A stretch of 64,000 nt of DNA from a virus (lineage: Duplodnaviria > Caudoviricetes). The stretch lies in IMG/VR virus record IMGVR_UViG_3300037484_000235, positions 96,001 to 160,000 of that record; one strand, written 5' to 3'. A model generated the notes under the pieces. That model worked only from the letters and a program-made list of their open reading frames with translations, was not told where the DNA came from and made no database searches. Shown here piece after piece: positions 33,509 through 42,423 of this stretch (within the stretch, counting starts at the first letter, position 1; the number at the start of each line of letters is the position of its first letter). The translations under genes and the position numbers were made by a program.

Positions 33509-34735
33509 ATGCCTTTCAGCATCCGGGTCCGTGATTTTCAGAGCATCGAGGACGCTACTATTGAAGTGGCTGGCCTCACCGTTGTCACTGGCCAGAACAA
33601 CGGAGGCAAGACGGCCCTAATCCGTTCTGTCTTCGGAGCCTTCACTAACGCTCGTGGAACCAAGTTCGTTCGTCACGGAAAGGACAGCACCCAAGTGGGG
33701 CTGTCCTTTTCGGACGGGCGGTCCCTCCTTTGGGAGAAGGGGGAGAAGGTCAACCGATATGAGCTTGACGGGAAGAAACTCAATCGAGTCGGACAGGGTG
33801 TGCCACCTGAGATTGAGACTCTGGGTGTAACCGCTGTTGAGGCGGCTGGAGTCGAACTGTGGCCGCAGTTTGCCCATCAGTTTGTTGGGCAGGTCTTTCT
33901 TCTCGACAAGCCCGGTTCCCTCCTTGCTGAGGCCGTGGCCAATGTGGACAAGGTGGGGGTGTTGAATGAAAGTCTTCGGCTTGCGACTTCTGATCGGAGA
34001 TCCGCAGCCTCCGAACTCAAGGTTAGACTTGAGGATGTAGGGAAGATCGAGGATTCACTTCTTCGGTTCGGGGGCCTGGATGAGGCGGTATCCCATGTCC
34101 GGAAGGTTGGCGTGATTCAAACGCAAACAGTTGAGGATCAAAAATCTCTAGACCTGGTCCTAGAGGTAAGAACTCGATGGGTTTCGCTCACGGGGGCGAG
34201 GAAGGCTCTCCTCCCGGTGCGCACGCTCCCCACAGTGGATGAAGCTCTTGTAGGACGGGTCGGAAAGATGCAGAAGGCCATTGAGTGGGCTGTTCCGATC
34301 TCGATTCGGGTAAAGAGAGTCCTGGTGGAGAGAGAGCGGGCTGCGCTTGCGGCCAAGGCAGCGAGGTCTGTGGTCCTTCCGGACCCACAGCCCATTGCAG
34401 AAGCCCACCAGTGCCTGGGGATGACCCAAGCACTCTCTTCTAGGGTCCAACGAGCCAAGAAGGAACGGGACCAGGCGTCTGGTGCGGCCACGGCTGCCAA
34501 GGGAATGGTCCTCCCTGACCCACAGCCGGTCCGGGACGCCCTCCAGAGATTGGAGGCAGCCAAGGCCATGTCTAGAAAGCTGGCAGCCCTACGAGGCACG
34601 GTGGACGACTTGCGGGCCACCCTTGCCAAGACCCAGGCCGCACACTCCGATTCCGCGGTATGGGTAGAGTCTCTCTTCAACGAGGCCGGTCAATGTCCCT
34701 TCTGTGGAGCTGCGCATGAAACAAGCTGTAGTTAG
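33509..34735 (+). CDS. SbcC/Rad50 N-terminal half (Walker A, coiled coil, zinc hook)
   Basis: VRDFQSI..TGQNNGGKTALIR, Q-loop, ends CPFCG. Confidence 0.85.
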   Translation: MPFSIRVRDFQSIEDATIEVAGLTVVTGQNNGGKTALIRSVFGAFTNARGTKFVRHGKDSTQVGLSFSDGRSLLWEKGEKVNRYELDGKKLNRVGQGVPPEIETLGVTAVEAAGVELWPQFAHQFVGQVFLLDKPGSLLAEAVANVDKVGVLNESLRLATSDRRSAASELKVRLEDVGKIEDSLLRFGGLDEAVSHVRKVGVIQTQTVEDQKSLDLVLEVRTRWVSLTGARKALLPVRTLPTVDEALVGRVGKMQKAIEWAVPISIRVKRVLVERERAALAAKAARSVVLPDPQPIAEAHQCLGMTQALSSRVQRAKKERDQASGAATAAKGMVLPDPQPVRDALQRLEAAKAMSRKLAALRGTVDDLRATLAKTQAAHSDSAVWVESLFNEAGQCPFCGAAHETSCS

Positions 34736-34961
34736 CCTGGCTGTAATCCTCACCCTTAGTGGCTGCCCACAACTGCCTCCGCCAAGCGGATGTGAACCCC
34801 GTGCGTCAACATGCCTAGAAGATAGACCATACATCTGTTCAGGTACGCAGAGGTGGACTCCTGTAGGAGATACAACCTGTGCCGCAGTGGGCGCGGTTTG
34901 CTGCATGACGGCAGAGGCGGTTCATGCGTGTGTTCCCCAGTCCATCTGTATTGGAGAGTGA
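34716..34961 (+). CDS. small Cys-rich lipoprotein-like protein
   Basis: signal peptide with lipobox LSGC; multiple Cys. Confidence 0.6.
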   Translation: MKQAVVSLAVILTLSGCPQLPPPSGCEPRASTCLEDRPYICSGTQRWTPVGDTTCAAVGAVCCMTAEAVHACVPQSICIGE

Positions 34962-34964
34962 CCC

Positions 34965-35567
34965 ATGACTGACCTCAACAAGATAGCTCAGACTTTCTCC
35001 GCTCACATGTGCTCGAAGTTTGGAGCCACGGTCCACCACAAGGAAGACGCCACCGAGATGAAAGCCATCGCTTGGGGGATGGACCTTGGACGTTGGGCGG
35101 GAATCGGCGGGCTCGCATCGAGTTCCGACTTCATGACCCACTACACGACGACGATCGGCACGGCGATCTACATGCCGGAGTCACATCGGAGTCGGCCCCT
35201 CACGTTCATTGAGGTCTTGACCCACGAGTGCCAGCACGTCTTGCAGTTCAAGGAGTCGGGGATCAAGTTCGCGTGGCTCTACCTTAAGGAGCCAGAGGCC
35301 CGGGTCAAGTACGAAGTGGATGCCTATGCAGCGGGGGCCGCGATTCAACAGTGGTTCACTGGAACTCTTGATGGGTCCGATCGAATCGTGTCTCTGCTGG
35401 TGGCTGGGTACCATCTTCGTCAAGAGGATGCGGACCTTGCAGCGGACATGCTCAAGTCACACTTGGTGTCCCTCAAGAATGGGATTGTGATGGCTGGGTC
35501 CGCCCGTGAGGCAATCGCCTTTTTCAAGGAAAACTATCCAGAGCTGTATGGGACTGTTCGCCAGTAA
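34965..35567 (+). CDS. HExxH metallopeptidase-like protein
   Basis: VLTHECQHVLQ..KYEVDAY. Confidence 0.7.
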   Translation: MTDLNKIAQTFSAHMCSKFGATVHHKEDATEMKAIAWGMDLGRWAGIGGLASSSDFMTHYTTTIGTAIYMPESHRSRPLTFIEVLTHECQHVLQFKESGIKFAWLYLKEPEARVKYEVDAYAAGAAIQQWFTGTLDGSDRIVSLLVAGYHLRQEDADLAADMLKSHLVSLKNGIVMAGSAREAIAFFKENYPELYGTVRQ

Positions 35568-35583
35568 GGCGTAACAACTCACC

Positions 35584-37683
35584 ATGACTGACTCTCCTTG
35601 GGTGCTGCATCACGAAGACTGTCTGGTAGCAATGGCATCTATGGAGTCTGATTCCATGGATGCCATCGTTTGTGATCCTCCGTATGAATTATCGAACGAC
35701 GGCAAGGCAAGCCCCTACAGGGTCTTTGCGGAATTCATGTTCCCACAGGATGCGAAGATCAATCCCATGCTTGGAAGCGAGGACGAGCTTCCTTTCCTCG
35801 TAAATGAGGTTCTTCAATTGCGTGGTATTGGCGTTGTCCCAACTCCAGCGACCCCCGTGCCAGTAAGTTCCGTGACACTCGATGACGAGGCGTCTCACGG
35901 GGACGAGGATATCAAAAACGCATGTGAATGTGCCATTCCCTCGACGAATACTGACTTGAGTGAGAAGGTCGAATCCGAGAGTGCGAAGTACTTGGGCTGC
36001 TTTGCTTTCGAACTTGCTGACTTTGGATCCCTCTGTCAAACGCTTGATTGCGTCGGCGCGGGCTTTATCTCTGGCGGTCTCGGGATAGGGTTTCGGATTA
36101 GCCCTGCGAGTGCACCAAGCCTTCTTGGATGCTGCGATGCGATCTACAATAGCGACCATGGCGTAGGGGGCCGAGACGATGCGCTTACGCAACTTGTAGG
36201 CATGCTCTCGCGAGCAGAACATGTCCCCGTGACGAGACTTCACTTGACACGGGGATCGTTGGAATGTTTTGCCACAGACAGCGCACTGGTATTCCTTGCT
36301 GTTTTCCTTCTCAGTGGCGCGAAGTTGGTACGAGCAGATGCGGCTGCAAGTCGTTTGCCTTCCATGCTTGAGACGCGTCGGATCCGCGTTGTAGATGCGA
36401 TGACAAACAGGGCACTCACGTTCGACTTGGTCCTTCATCCAACAACCATAACATCATTCGGATTTATGGGCAAGGAGTGGGATGGCCAGAAGGTGGCTTT
36501 CAATGTGGACCTGTGGAAAGAGGCTCTGCGTGTCGCAAAGCCTGGTGCCTATCTCCTCGCGTTTGGCGGGACACGAATGGTTCATCGTCTTGCATGTGCG
36601 ATTGAAGACGCAGGCTGGGAGATTCGTGACACAATCGCGTACATGTACGGTGTTGGATTTCCAAAGAGTCTTGACGTAAGCAAGGCGATCGATAGAGAAT
36701 TGGGGGTCCCCCAAGAAGTGTCCGGCAAGGGTCAAGCAGTTGACCGTATTGCGTTGGACTACGGTGGCGCAACAGGTAAAGCAAAGAATGGACTCAAGTC
36801 TGAGTTTTCCACGAGCAGCGAGTGCAATACGGATGCAGCCAGTCAATGGGTTGGTTGGGGCACTGCGCTCAAGCCAGCCCACGAGCCGATCATCTTGGCG
36901 CGTAAGCCTCTGATCGGCACGGTCGCCGCGAACGTGCTTGCACACGGCACAGGTGGGATCAACATCGACGGGTGTAGGATCGCTGGGTCTGTTCCAAGTG
37001 TGACTGGGCAGGGGTTTAAGACTGGCAAGTACGGTGGACAGATTGGACGTGGTGATCCTACACTTACTGGGCAAGCGTGGGAAGGTAATAAGGATGGGCG
37101 TTGGCCCGCGAATGTGGTTCTTGGCTGCGCGTGCGAAACGCCGCACGAGCCTGACTGCGCAGTGGCACTGCTAGACGCGCAGACTGGCACTCTTGGGAGT
37201 TCTTACCGACCAGATAGGGCCCCCCTAAAGTCCATGGGATTTTACGGTGGAAATGGGGAAGCTGTTAGGGATGGATTTGATGACGTAGGAGGAGCTTCCC
37301 GATTCTTCTACTGCGCCAAAGCCTCGCGCTCGGAGCGCACGCACGGCGGACAGGTAGTCAATCTACACCCCACCGTCAAACCCATCTCACTCATGAGGTG
37401 GCTCTGCCGATTGGTGACCCCTCCCGGAGGAACCGTCCTTGATCCCTTCACGGGCTCTGGCTCCACTGGAGTAGCTGCTATCCTCGAAGGATTCCTCTTC
37501 GTCGGCTGTGAGAAGGAATCGGAGTCCGTCGAGACATCCAGGTCACGACTTGAAATGGCTACCCTCGTCGCAACCGGTGGTGTCAAGAACCCCTGGGAGG
37601 ATGATCCACGGGAGCCTACTACCGTGAAAGATACTCTGCCCATTTCCTCGATTGAAGACCTGTTTGGCTTCGGGGATGCGTAA
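35584..37683 (+). CDS. beta-class N4/N6 DNA methyltransferase with ~256-aa insert
   Basis: DPPYEL..GFMGKEWD..KPGAYLLAFG..HPTVKP..VLDPFTGSGSTG. Confidence 0.9.
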   Translation: MTDSPWVLHHEDCLVAMASMESDSMDAIVCDPPYELSNDGKASPYRVFAEFMFPQDAKINPMLGSEDELPFLVNEVLQLRGIGVVPTPATPVPVSSVTLDDEASHGDEDIKNACECAIPSTNTDLSEKVESESAKYLGCFAFELADFGSLCQTLDCVGAGFISGGLGIGFRISPASAPSLLGCCDAIYNSDHGVGGRDDALTQLVGMLSRAEHVPVTRLHLTRGSLECFATDSALVFLAVFLLSGAKLVRADAAASRLPSMLETRRIRVVDAMTNRALTFDLVLHPTTITSFGFMGKEWDGQKVAFNVDLWKEALRVAKPGAYLLAFGGTRMVHRLACAIEDAGWEIRDTIAYMYGVGFPKSLDVSKAIDRELGVPQEVSGKGQAVDRIALDYGGATGKAKNGLKSEFSTSSECNTDAASQWVGWGTALKPAHEPIILARKPLIGTVAANVLAHGTGGINIDGCRIAGSVPSVTGQGFKTGKYGGQIGRGDPTLTGQAWEGNKDGRWPANVVLGCACETPHEPDCAVALLDAQTGTLGSSYRPDRAPLKSMGFYGGNGEAVRDGFDDVGGASRFFYCAKASRSERTHGGQVVNLHPTVKPISLMRWLCRLVTPPGGTVLDPFTGSGSTGVAAILEGFLFVGCEKESESVETSRSRLEMATLVATGGVKNPWEDDPREPTTVKDTLPISSIEDLFGFGDA
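35689..36438 (-). mobile_element. antisense Zn-finger plus Vsr/DUF559-like endonuclease nested in the MTase
   Basis: CPVC/CAVC fingers; SKFE..FDILVPVRRLVIECHGTYWH..LRILWEHE. Confidence 0.85.
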
Positions 37684-37691
37684 GGTACATC

Positions 37692-37964
37692 GTGTCAGAC
37701 ATGAAGACCCGAATCGAAGTTGCGATCAAGAAGCGCGATGAATTGAATGCTCAGAAAGAGCGCATGCTTGGCCGACTAGAAGAGGCCGAGAAGAATCTCG
37801 AAGCTCTTCGTACTGAGTGTCGCGCAAAGAATGTGGATCCAGACAGCCTGGATGACACTGTTTCCAAACTAGAGAAGGGTCTAGCAGATTCCCTCACCGC
37901 ATTGGAATCCCAAATTGTAGTGGCAGAGAATGCCATCAAACCGTACACACAACCGCAAGAGTGA
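37692..37964 (+). CDS. small coiled-coil protein
   Basis: heptad pattern, SD TAAGG. Confidence 0.7.
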   Translation: MSDMKTRIEVAIKKRDELNAQKERMLGRLEEAEKNLEALRTECRAKNVDPDSLDDTVSKLEKGLADSLTALESQIVVAENAIKPYTQPQE

Positions 37965-39115
37965 GTCCCAACATGATTTTCAGCGTATCCAAGCGTGATT
38001 TAGAAACCGCTCTTAAGGTGGTCAAGAGCACTGTCTCCATGGGTGGCAGTGACATCTCTTCCCATTACCTCTTTCGGCAAACGGAAGCTGGGTCTAAGTC
38101 TCTAGAAATTCTTTCCTATGATGGGAGGGTCTTCGCATCATGCCCCGTAGTGGCATCCTTTGAGGAAGAGGGCAAACCATTCACTGTAGAGGCGAAGCGC
38201 GTCCACGCCTTACTTGAGGCCGTGGCTGATGATGCAGTGTTGAAGGTTTCAAGTGTTGGGGTTGGTGAGGTCACCATTAGCGCTGGTCGCGGGAAGAACA
38301 CCTTCGCCAGCCTTGATCCGGATCTTTTCCCCTACTGGGATGAGGTTCTTGGTCTGTCCACAAGGACTGCGACCCTTCCCGCAGATCGCCTCAATGAGGC
38401 CCTCACACACGCCAAGGCATTCATCTACGACCAGGAGTCCAAGGCGCCGCAACTGTGCGTGGCAGAGTTCCGGAAGGGATGCCTATACTCGACTGACCAG
38501 ATGGCTATGAGTGTCGTCAAGGTTTCTGGCATGGAAGAGTCTGCAATCCGTATCTACGGCAAGGATTGTGGGTCTATCGTGAGCTTCTTGGCTACCTTCA
38601 AGGACTCTCCTGTTGAAATTTGGGAGGAAGATCGGGCCATGTTTCTCAAGCGTGCCGACGGGGCTGTTCTCGGCGAGAGCAGGAACGCCAATCGATTCCC
38701 GGACATCGCAGTAGACTGGACCATTGAGGATGATCATTGGATTGATCTCCCTAAGGTGGAGGTTGCGAATGCGGTGAAGTTCCTTGCCGCCGGAGCCAAG
38801 TGGGAGGAAACCAAAATCAAGATGATCGTGGGGGACGGAAACGTAACGCTACTCATGGACGCAGCGAACGGGAAGCCCATCTCCTTGGAGGTAAAGGCCA
38901 TTGGACAGGGGTTCAAGAGTGTAGATGCGCCTTCTCTTCCCAAGGATGGATTTCCGATTTCCAAGATCTATGTCTTGAATCTCTTGGAGCACCACTCGGG
39001 TGAGACCATTCGATTCGGTATCTCGAAGAAGGGCAAAGGGGGCTGGATTCGTGTGAAGGATGAAAGGGGTCCTGACACCTATCTCACCACTGTGGCCTGG
39101 TTGAAGGCATCCTAA
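37961..39115 (+). CDS. dnaN: DNA pol III beta sliding clamp
   Basis: 384 aa, three-domain clamp pattern (FSVSKRDLETALKVV..DPDLFP..YSTD..RFPD). Confidence 0.8.
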   Translation: MSPNMIFSVSKRDLETALKVVKSTVSMGGSDISSHYLFRQTEAGSKSLEILSYDGRVFASCPVVASFEEEGKPFTVEAKRVHALLEAVADDAVLKVSSVGVGEVTISAGRGKNTFASLDPDLFPYWDEVLGLSTRTATLPADRLNEALTHAKAFIYDQESKAPQLCVAEFRKGCLYSTDQMAMSVVKVSGMEESAIRIYGKDCGSIVSFLATFKDSPVEIWEEDRAMFLKRADGAVLGESRNANRFPDIAVDWTIEDDHWIDLPKVEVANAVKFLAAGAKWEETKIKMIVGDGNVTLLMDAANGKPISLEVKAIGQGFKSVDAPSLPKDGFPISKIYVLNLLEHHSGETIRFGISKKGKGGWIRVKDERGPDTYLTTVAWLKAS

Positions 39116-39140
39116 GGCAGCCACCCGAAAAGGTGCTGAA

Positions 39141-39773
39141 TTGATCGAAGATCGATTGAGACTTTTGACCGAGGAAACTTCACGGATCCTCGGTCGTAGG
39201 GATGCTGCACAAGATAGTCTGAAAGCTGCTCGTGTGGCTTCTCAGGCGTTGACAGATCGTGTGGAGCTTCTTGACCTCGTGGCGATCCTGATCCGATCCC
39301 TCATTGACATGGAGATTACCGAGGGGGTAAAAGCCATCGAGACTCTTCAGACTGAGGGATTGCGCGCTGTTTTTGACGACCAAGAGATCAGCGTCCGTGC
39401 TGAGGTAGAGATTCTTCGAGGGAAGGTGAGTGTCTCTCTAGTCACTCTTCAGAAGAAAGAGAATGGGGACATGATCGAGGGTGGGAGCCTTGAAGGATTC
39501 GGTGGGGCTGTCTCCACAGTTCAATCGGTTCTTCTTCGACTGGCTCTTATCATACGGCGTGGGTTACGCCCGGTACTGTTTCTAGACGAGAGTTTACCGG
39601 CCTTTGACGAGCGGTACGTTCTGAACATGGCTTCGTTCCTGAAGACCTTGTGTGCTCGGATGGGTGTGGATATCCTCCTCGTGACACATAACCCTGTTCT
39701 GGTGGAGGCAGCGGATCGTGCCTACCGAATTCGTCGAGAACACGGACATTCCTCTTTCCACAAGATCCGGTAA
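39141..39773 (+). CDS. SbcC/Rad50 C-terminal half (signature, Walker B, H-loop)
   Basis: GFGGAV signature-like, VLFLDESLPAFD, ILLVTHN. Confidence 0.85.
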   Translation: MIEDRLRLLTEETSRILGRRDAAQDSLKAARVASQALTDRVELLDLVAILIRSLIDMEITEGVKAIETLQTEGLRAVFDDQEISVRAEVEILRGKVSVSLVTLQKKENGDMIEGGSLEGFGGAVSTVQSVLLRLALIIRRGLRPVLFLDESLPAFDERYVLNMASFLKTLCARMGVDILLVTHNPVLVEAADRAYRIRREHGHSSFHKIR

Positions 39774-39779
39774 CCTCCA

Positions 39780-40616
39780 ATGAAGTCCGAAGGACAGATC
39801 AAGCACAAGCTCTCCCAGGTTCGCTTCAGACACCTGAAGCGAGAGCTGCGTACGGGCCTGTCTCGGAAGTCTTTGAACTGCCAGTTCAATGGGACGGTTG
39901 ATCTTCCTGGTAGGGCCTGCCTCGGGGTGTGTCTTTACAAGGCAGAAGATCCATCTGTCTGGAACGGGGGTGCCTGCGATGAGTCCATTAGCGACCGTGC
40001 TTCCAGGTGCCCACTCTTTGAGTGCCTAAACACGAAAGATCTCATCCGGGATGAGTTCGACTCTTTCTTGGAGAAGGCAGACCGGGCTCAAATCGCAGCC
40101 AGGTACCCAGACATGGCAGCTCTTCTGTGGGCCCTTGACCTTGAGAAGGCAGAGGACATTCCAGGGCTCGAAGAGGAAGATGACGAGCAGTATGGGGTGC
40201 CGCCACCGGAGCCTGAGGTGCCCCACAGTTTCGGGCTTGTGGGTGGCCGTGTCGTCGTGGTCAATGTCCCGGCCTCCCTGCTCTCCAAAGAGTCCCCTCT
40301 GCCCAACACCCCTCTGTCGGAGCACGAGAGGGCACTCTATGAGCATGAGATGGCACTCTCCCCGGAGTCTCGGGCCCTCCTCCAAGAGGGGATTGCCGAC
40401 GTTCGTAAGGGGCAAGTCCGCGTCATGTCCCCGGATGAACTTGAGGGAGACCTTGCGAGAGTCGAACCTTGGGTGGCGATTCCAACTCCGGTCCCACCCG
40501 TTATGACTAGTATTGGTACCTACACTGCCTCTATCAAAGACACCCCCAAGCGGAGTCTTTGGTCAAAGCTGATTCAGATTTGGTCTTATCTCGTGAGGGT
40601 CTTCCGACATGAGTGA
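39780..40616 (+). CDS. hypothetical protein
   Basis: Cys-containing N-terminus, long ORF. Confidence 0.7.
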   Translation: MKSEGQIKHKLSQVRFRHLKRELRTGLSRKSLNCQFNGTVDLPGRACLGVCLYKAEDPSVWNGGACDESISDRASRCPLFECLNTKDLIRDEFDSFLEKADRAQIAARYPDMAALLWALDLEKAEDIPGLEEEDDEQYGVPPPEPEVPHSFGLVGGRVVVVNVPASLLSKESPLPNTPLSEHERALYEHEMALSPESRALLQEGIADVRKGQVRVMSPDELEGDLARVEPWVAIPTPVPPVMTSIGTYTASIKDTPKRSLWSKLIQIWSYLVRVFRHE

Positions 40617-41139
40617 CCTTGTTCAAGTTCTTCTTCTGCCTCCGTCGGCCTCCAACAAGGCACCTATGATGATCGAGGTTCCGGTCAATGGGGGAGGGGG
40701 ACCTTTCCTTGTCAGTGGGATTCGACAGGAGTGGGTTTGGATATCGAATGCCAAGACTGGAATCCTAAGAGCCGCAGTTCGTCCGGGACCGGTTCCAGAT
40801 GACATTTTCGTTCGGATCGTAACTGAGATTGCAGCCCGTGGTACCAAGAATCTGTGGGAGAACTGCTACCCGTACACAGATGTTGGGCTCAGTGGAGCTG
40901 TTGAGTACGTCACATCGTTTGGGATCAAACAAGTCGAGGCGCTTGTCCCTAAAGATTCAACACTTTCGGTACCGGGGGGAGTAACTCTTTCCGAGTCCGA
41001 ATGGATACCACAGGGCAGAGCAGTAGTGATCCCATTGGACCGCACCTATCTCGGAATGATTGGGGTGTTGGGCGCGGAGTATCACATGGTAGTCATTCAC
41101 AACCCCAGTCGAGGGATGGCGGTTCTAGGAATCTGGTGA
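40609..41139 (+). CDS. hypothetical protein
   Basis: coupled ORF. Confidence 0.7.
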   Translation: MSDLVQVLLLPPSASNKAPMMIEVPVNGGGGPFLVSGIRQEWVWISNAKTGILRAAVRPGPVPDDIFVRIVTEIAARGTKNLWENCYPYTDVGLSGAVEYVTSFGIKQVEALVPKDSTLSVPGGVTLSESEWIPQGRAVVIPLDRTYLGMIGVLGAEYHMVVIHNPSRGMAVLGIW

Positions 41140-41864
41140 CACCCATCGCGTCGTGGTTGGTGAACCATTTCCAATCCCTGTCCCTCTCTGAAGAGGCTGA
41201 GGGATACTTGTTGGGTCGTGGGGCTACCCCAGAGGCGATTCAGAGGTTGGGATTTGTGGAATGGGCTCCTGCCGTTACAGAGTCACCAAGTACCATGTTC
41301 AAAAAACGGTACCGAGCACGGGGTGAGTCTCTGTCTGGTATGCTCGCGTACCCACTTCGTTCTCCAGCCGGAGACTTGATTGGATTTGAAGCCCGGTCCA
41401 TGGAAGTGAAGTTGATCAGTGAGTTTCGAACGCCAGAGGCTGAGTGGAATCCGGTCCTGGTCAATGCACCGGAGGCCGCCAGAAAGCTTTGGGCGGGAGG
41501 CTCAATCTGGATCACTGAGGGCGTGTTTGACGAGCTGGCATTGGAGCTGGTAGTGCCTGTAGAGGACGTGGTCATCTCTACGCTCCGGGCTGGGATCTCA
41601 AGAAGACACGTGGACTTCATCTCCAGATTTTGTCGGAATCGAGTCTACATGGTCTACGATAATGATGAGACAGGGCGTAAGGCTACTCTCGGTTGGAAAG
41701 ATGCAACGACCGGGAAGTACAGGATGGGGGCCCTAGATCTTTTTCGGAAGGCTGGTATCCCTGTCATTGACTTTCGGTACAGAGGCAAAGATCCCGGTGA
41801 GGTCTGGTCTTCAGGTGGGATTCGTAAACTGCGGAATGTGTTTCTGATAGGAGCTAACAAATGA
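41136..41864 (+). CDS. DnaG-like primase catalytic (TOPRIM) domain
   Basis: YLLGRG..YPLRS..LIGFEAR, ITEGVFD, YDNDETG, KDPGE. Confidence 0.85.
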   Translation: MTPIASWLVNHFQSLSLSEEAEGYLLGRGATPEAIQRLGFVEWAPAVTESPSTMFKKRYRARGESLSGMLAYPLRSPAGDLIGFEARSMEVKLISEFRTPEAEWNPVLVNAPEAARKLWAGGSIWITEGVFDELALELVVPVEDVVISTLRAGISRRHVDFISRFCRNRVYMVYDNDETGRKATLGWKDATTGKYRMGALDLFRKAGIPVIDFRYRGKDPGEVWSSGGIRKLRNVFLIGANK

Positions 41865-42379
41865 GCAACGATGTATGGGAAGCGGGCCAAGACGTACGTG
41901 ACATTATGAAGTACCATGTCGCCAACAATCACCCCAGTCTGGCGTCGGTGGACAAGGACATTGCGATCCTTTTCCGGAGCAAGGCAGCAAAGAGGGGCGG
42001 ACAGGTAATCCTTGGCACGAGTCGTAAGGCACCCCCGATCCTCGATGTGCTCGGGAAGGGTGACTACAAGTTCATCCTGGAGATTGGATCCGATGAATGG
42101 GCTCTTCTCTCGGAAGCTCAGAAGTCGGCACTCATCGATCATCTGCTCTGCGCATGCAAGGTTGAAGAGGACCCGAAGAGCGGGGAGCTGAAGTTCAGCA
42201 TCGCCCCCCCTGACGTCCAGTTCTACTGGGACGAGCTGTCCCGTCATGGTGACTGGCGTCCACGCCCTCAGCAGGAAGCGGGCGCTAGTATGGATCTCGA
42301 AGAGATGATCGGAAGCAAGGGCAAGAGCAAGCCCACCGATGCAGCCTCTGACATGGTTTCCGACGACCTAGACGCTTGA
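41861..42379 (+). CDS. putative phage metallopeptidase family protein
   Basis: FILEIGSDEW..QKSALIDHLLCAC (HExxH degenerate). Confidence 0.65.
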   Translation: MSNDVWEAGQDVRDIMKYHVANNHPSLASVDKDIAILFRSKAAKRGGQVILGTSRKAPPILDVLGKGDYKFILEIGSDEWALLSEAQKSALIDHLLCACKVEEDPKSGELKFSIAPPDVQFYWDELSRHGDWRPRPQQEAGASMDLEEMIGSKGKSKPTDAASDMVSDDLDA

Positions 42380-42423
42380 GTCTGGTCCAACTTTGCGTGG
42401 GACCTTCACGCGGATAGGAAATT

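Noticed and set aside
35692-36459. Intein in the methyltransferase
   Set aside because: No HINT motifs and no terminal His-Asn followed by Cys/Ser/Thr; the coding signal is on the opposite strand
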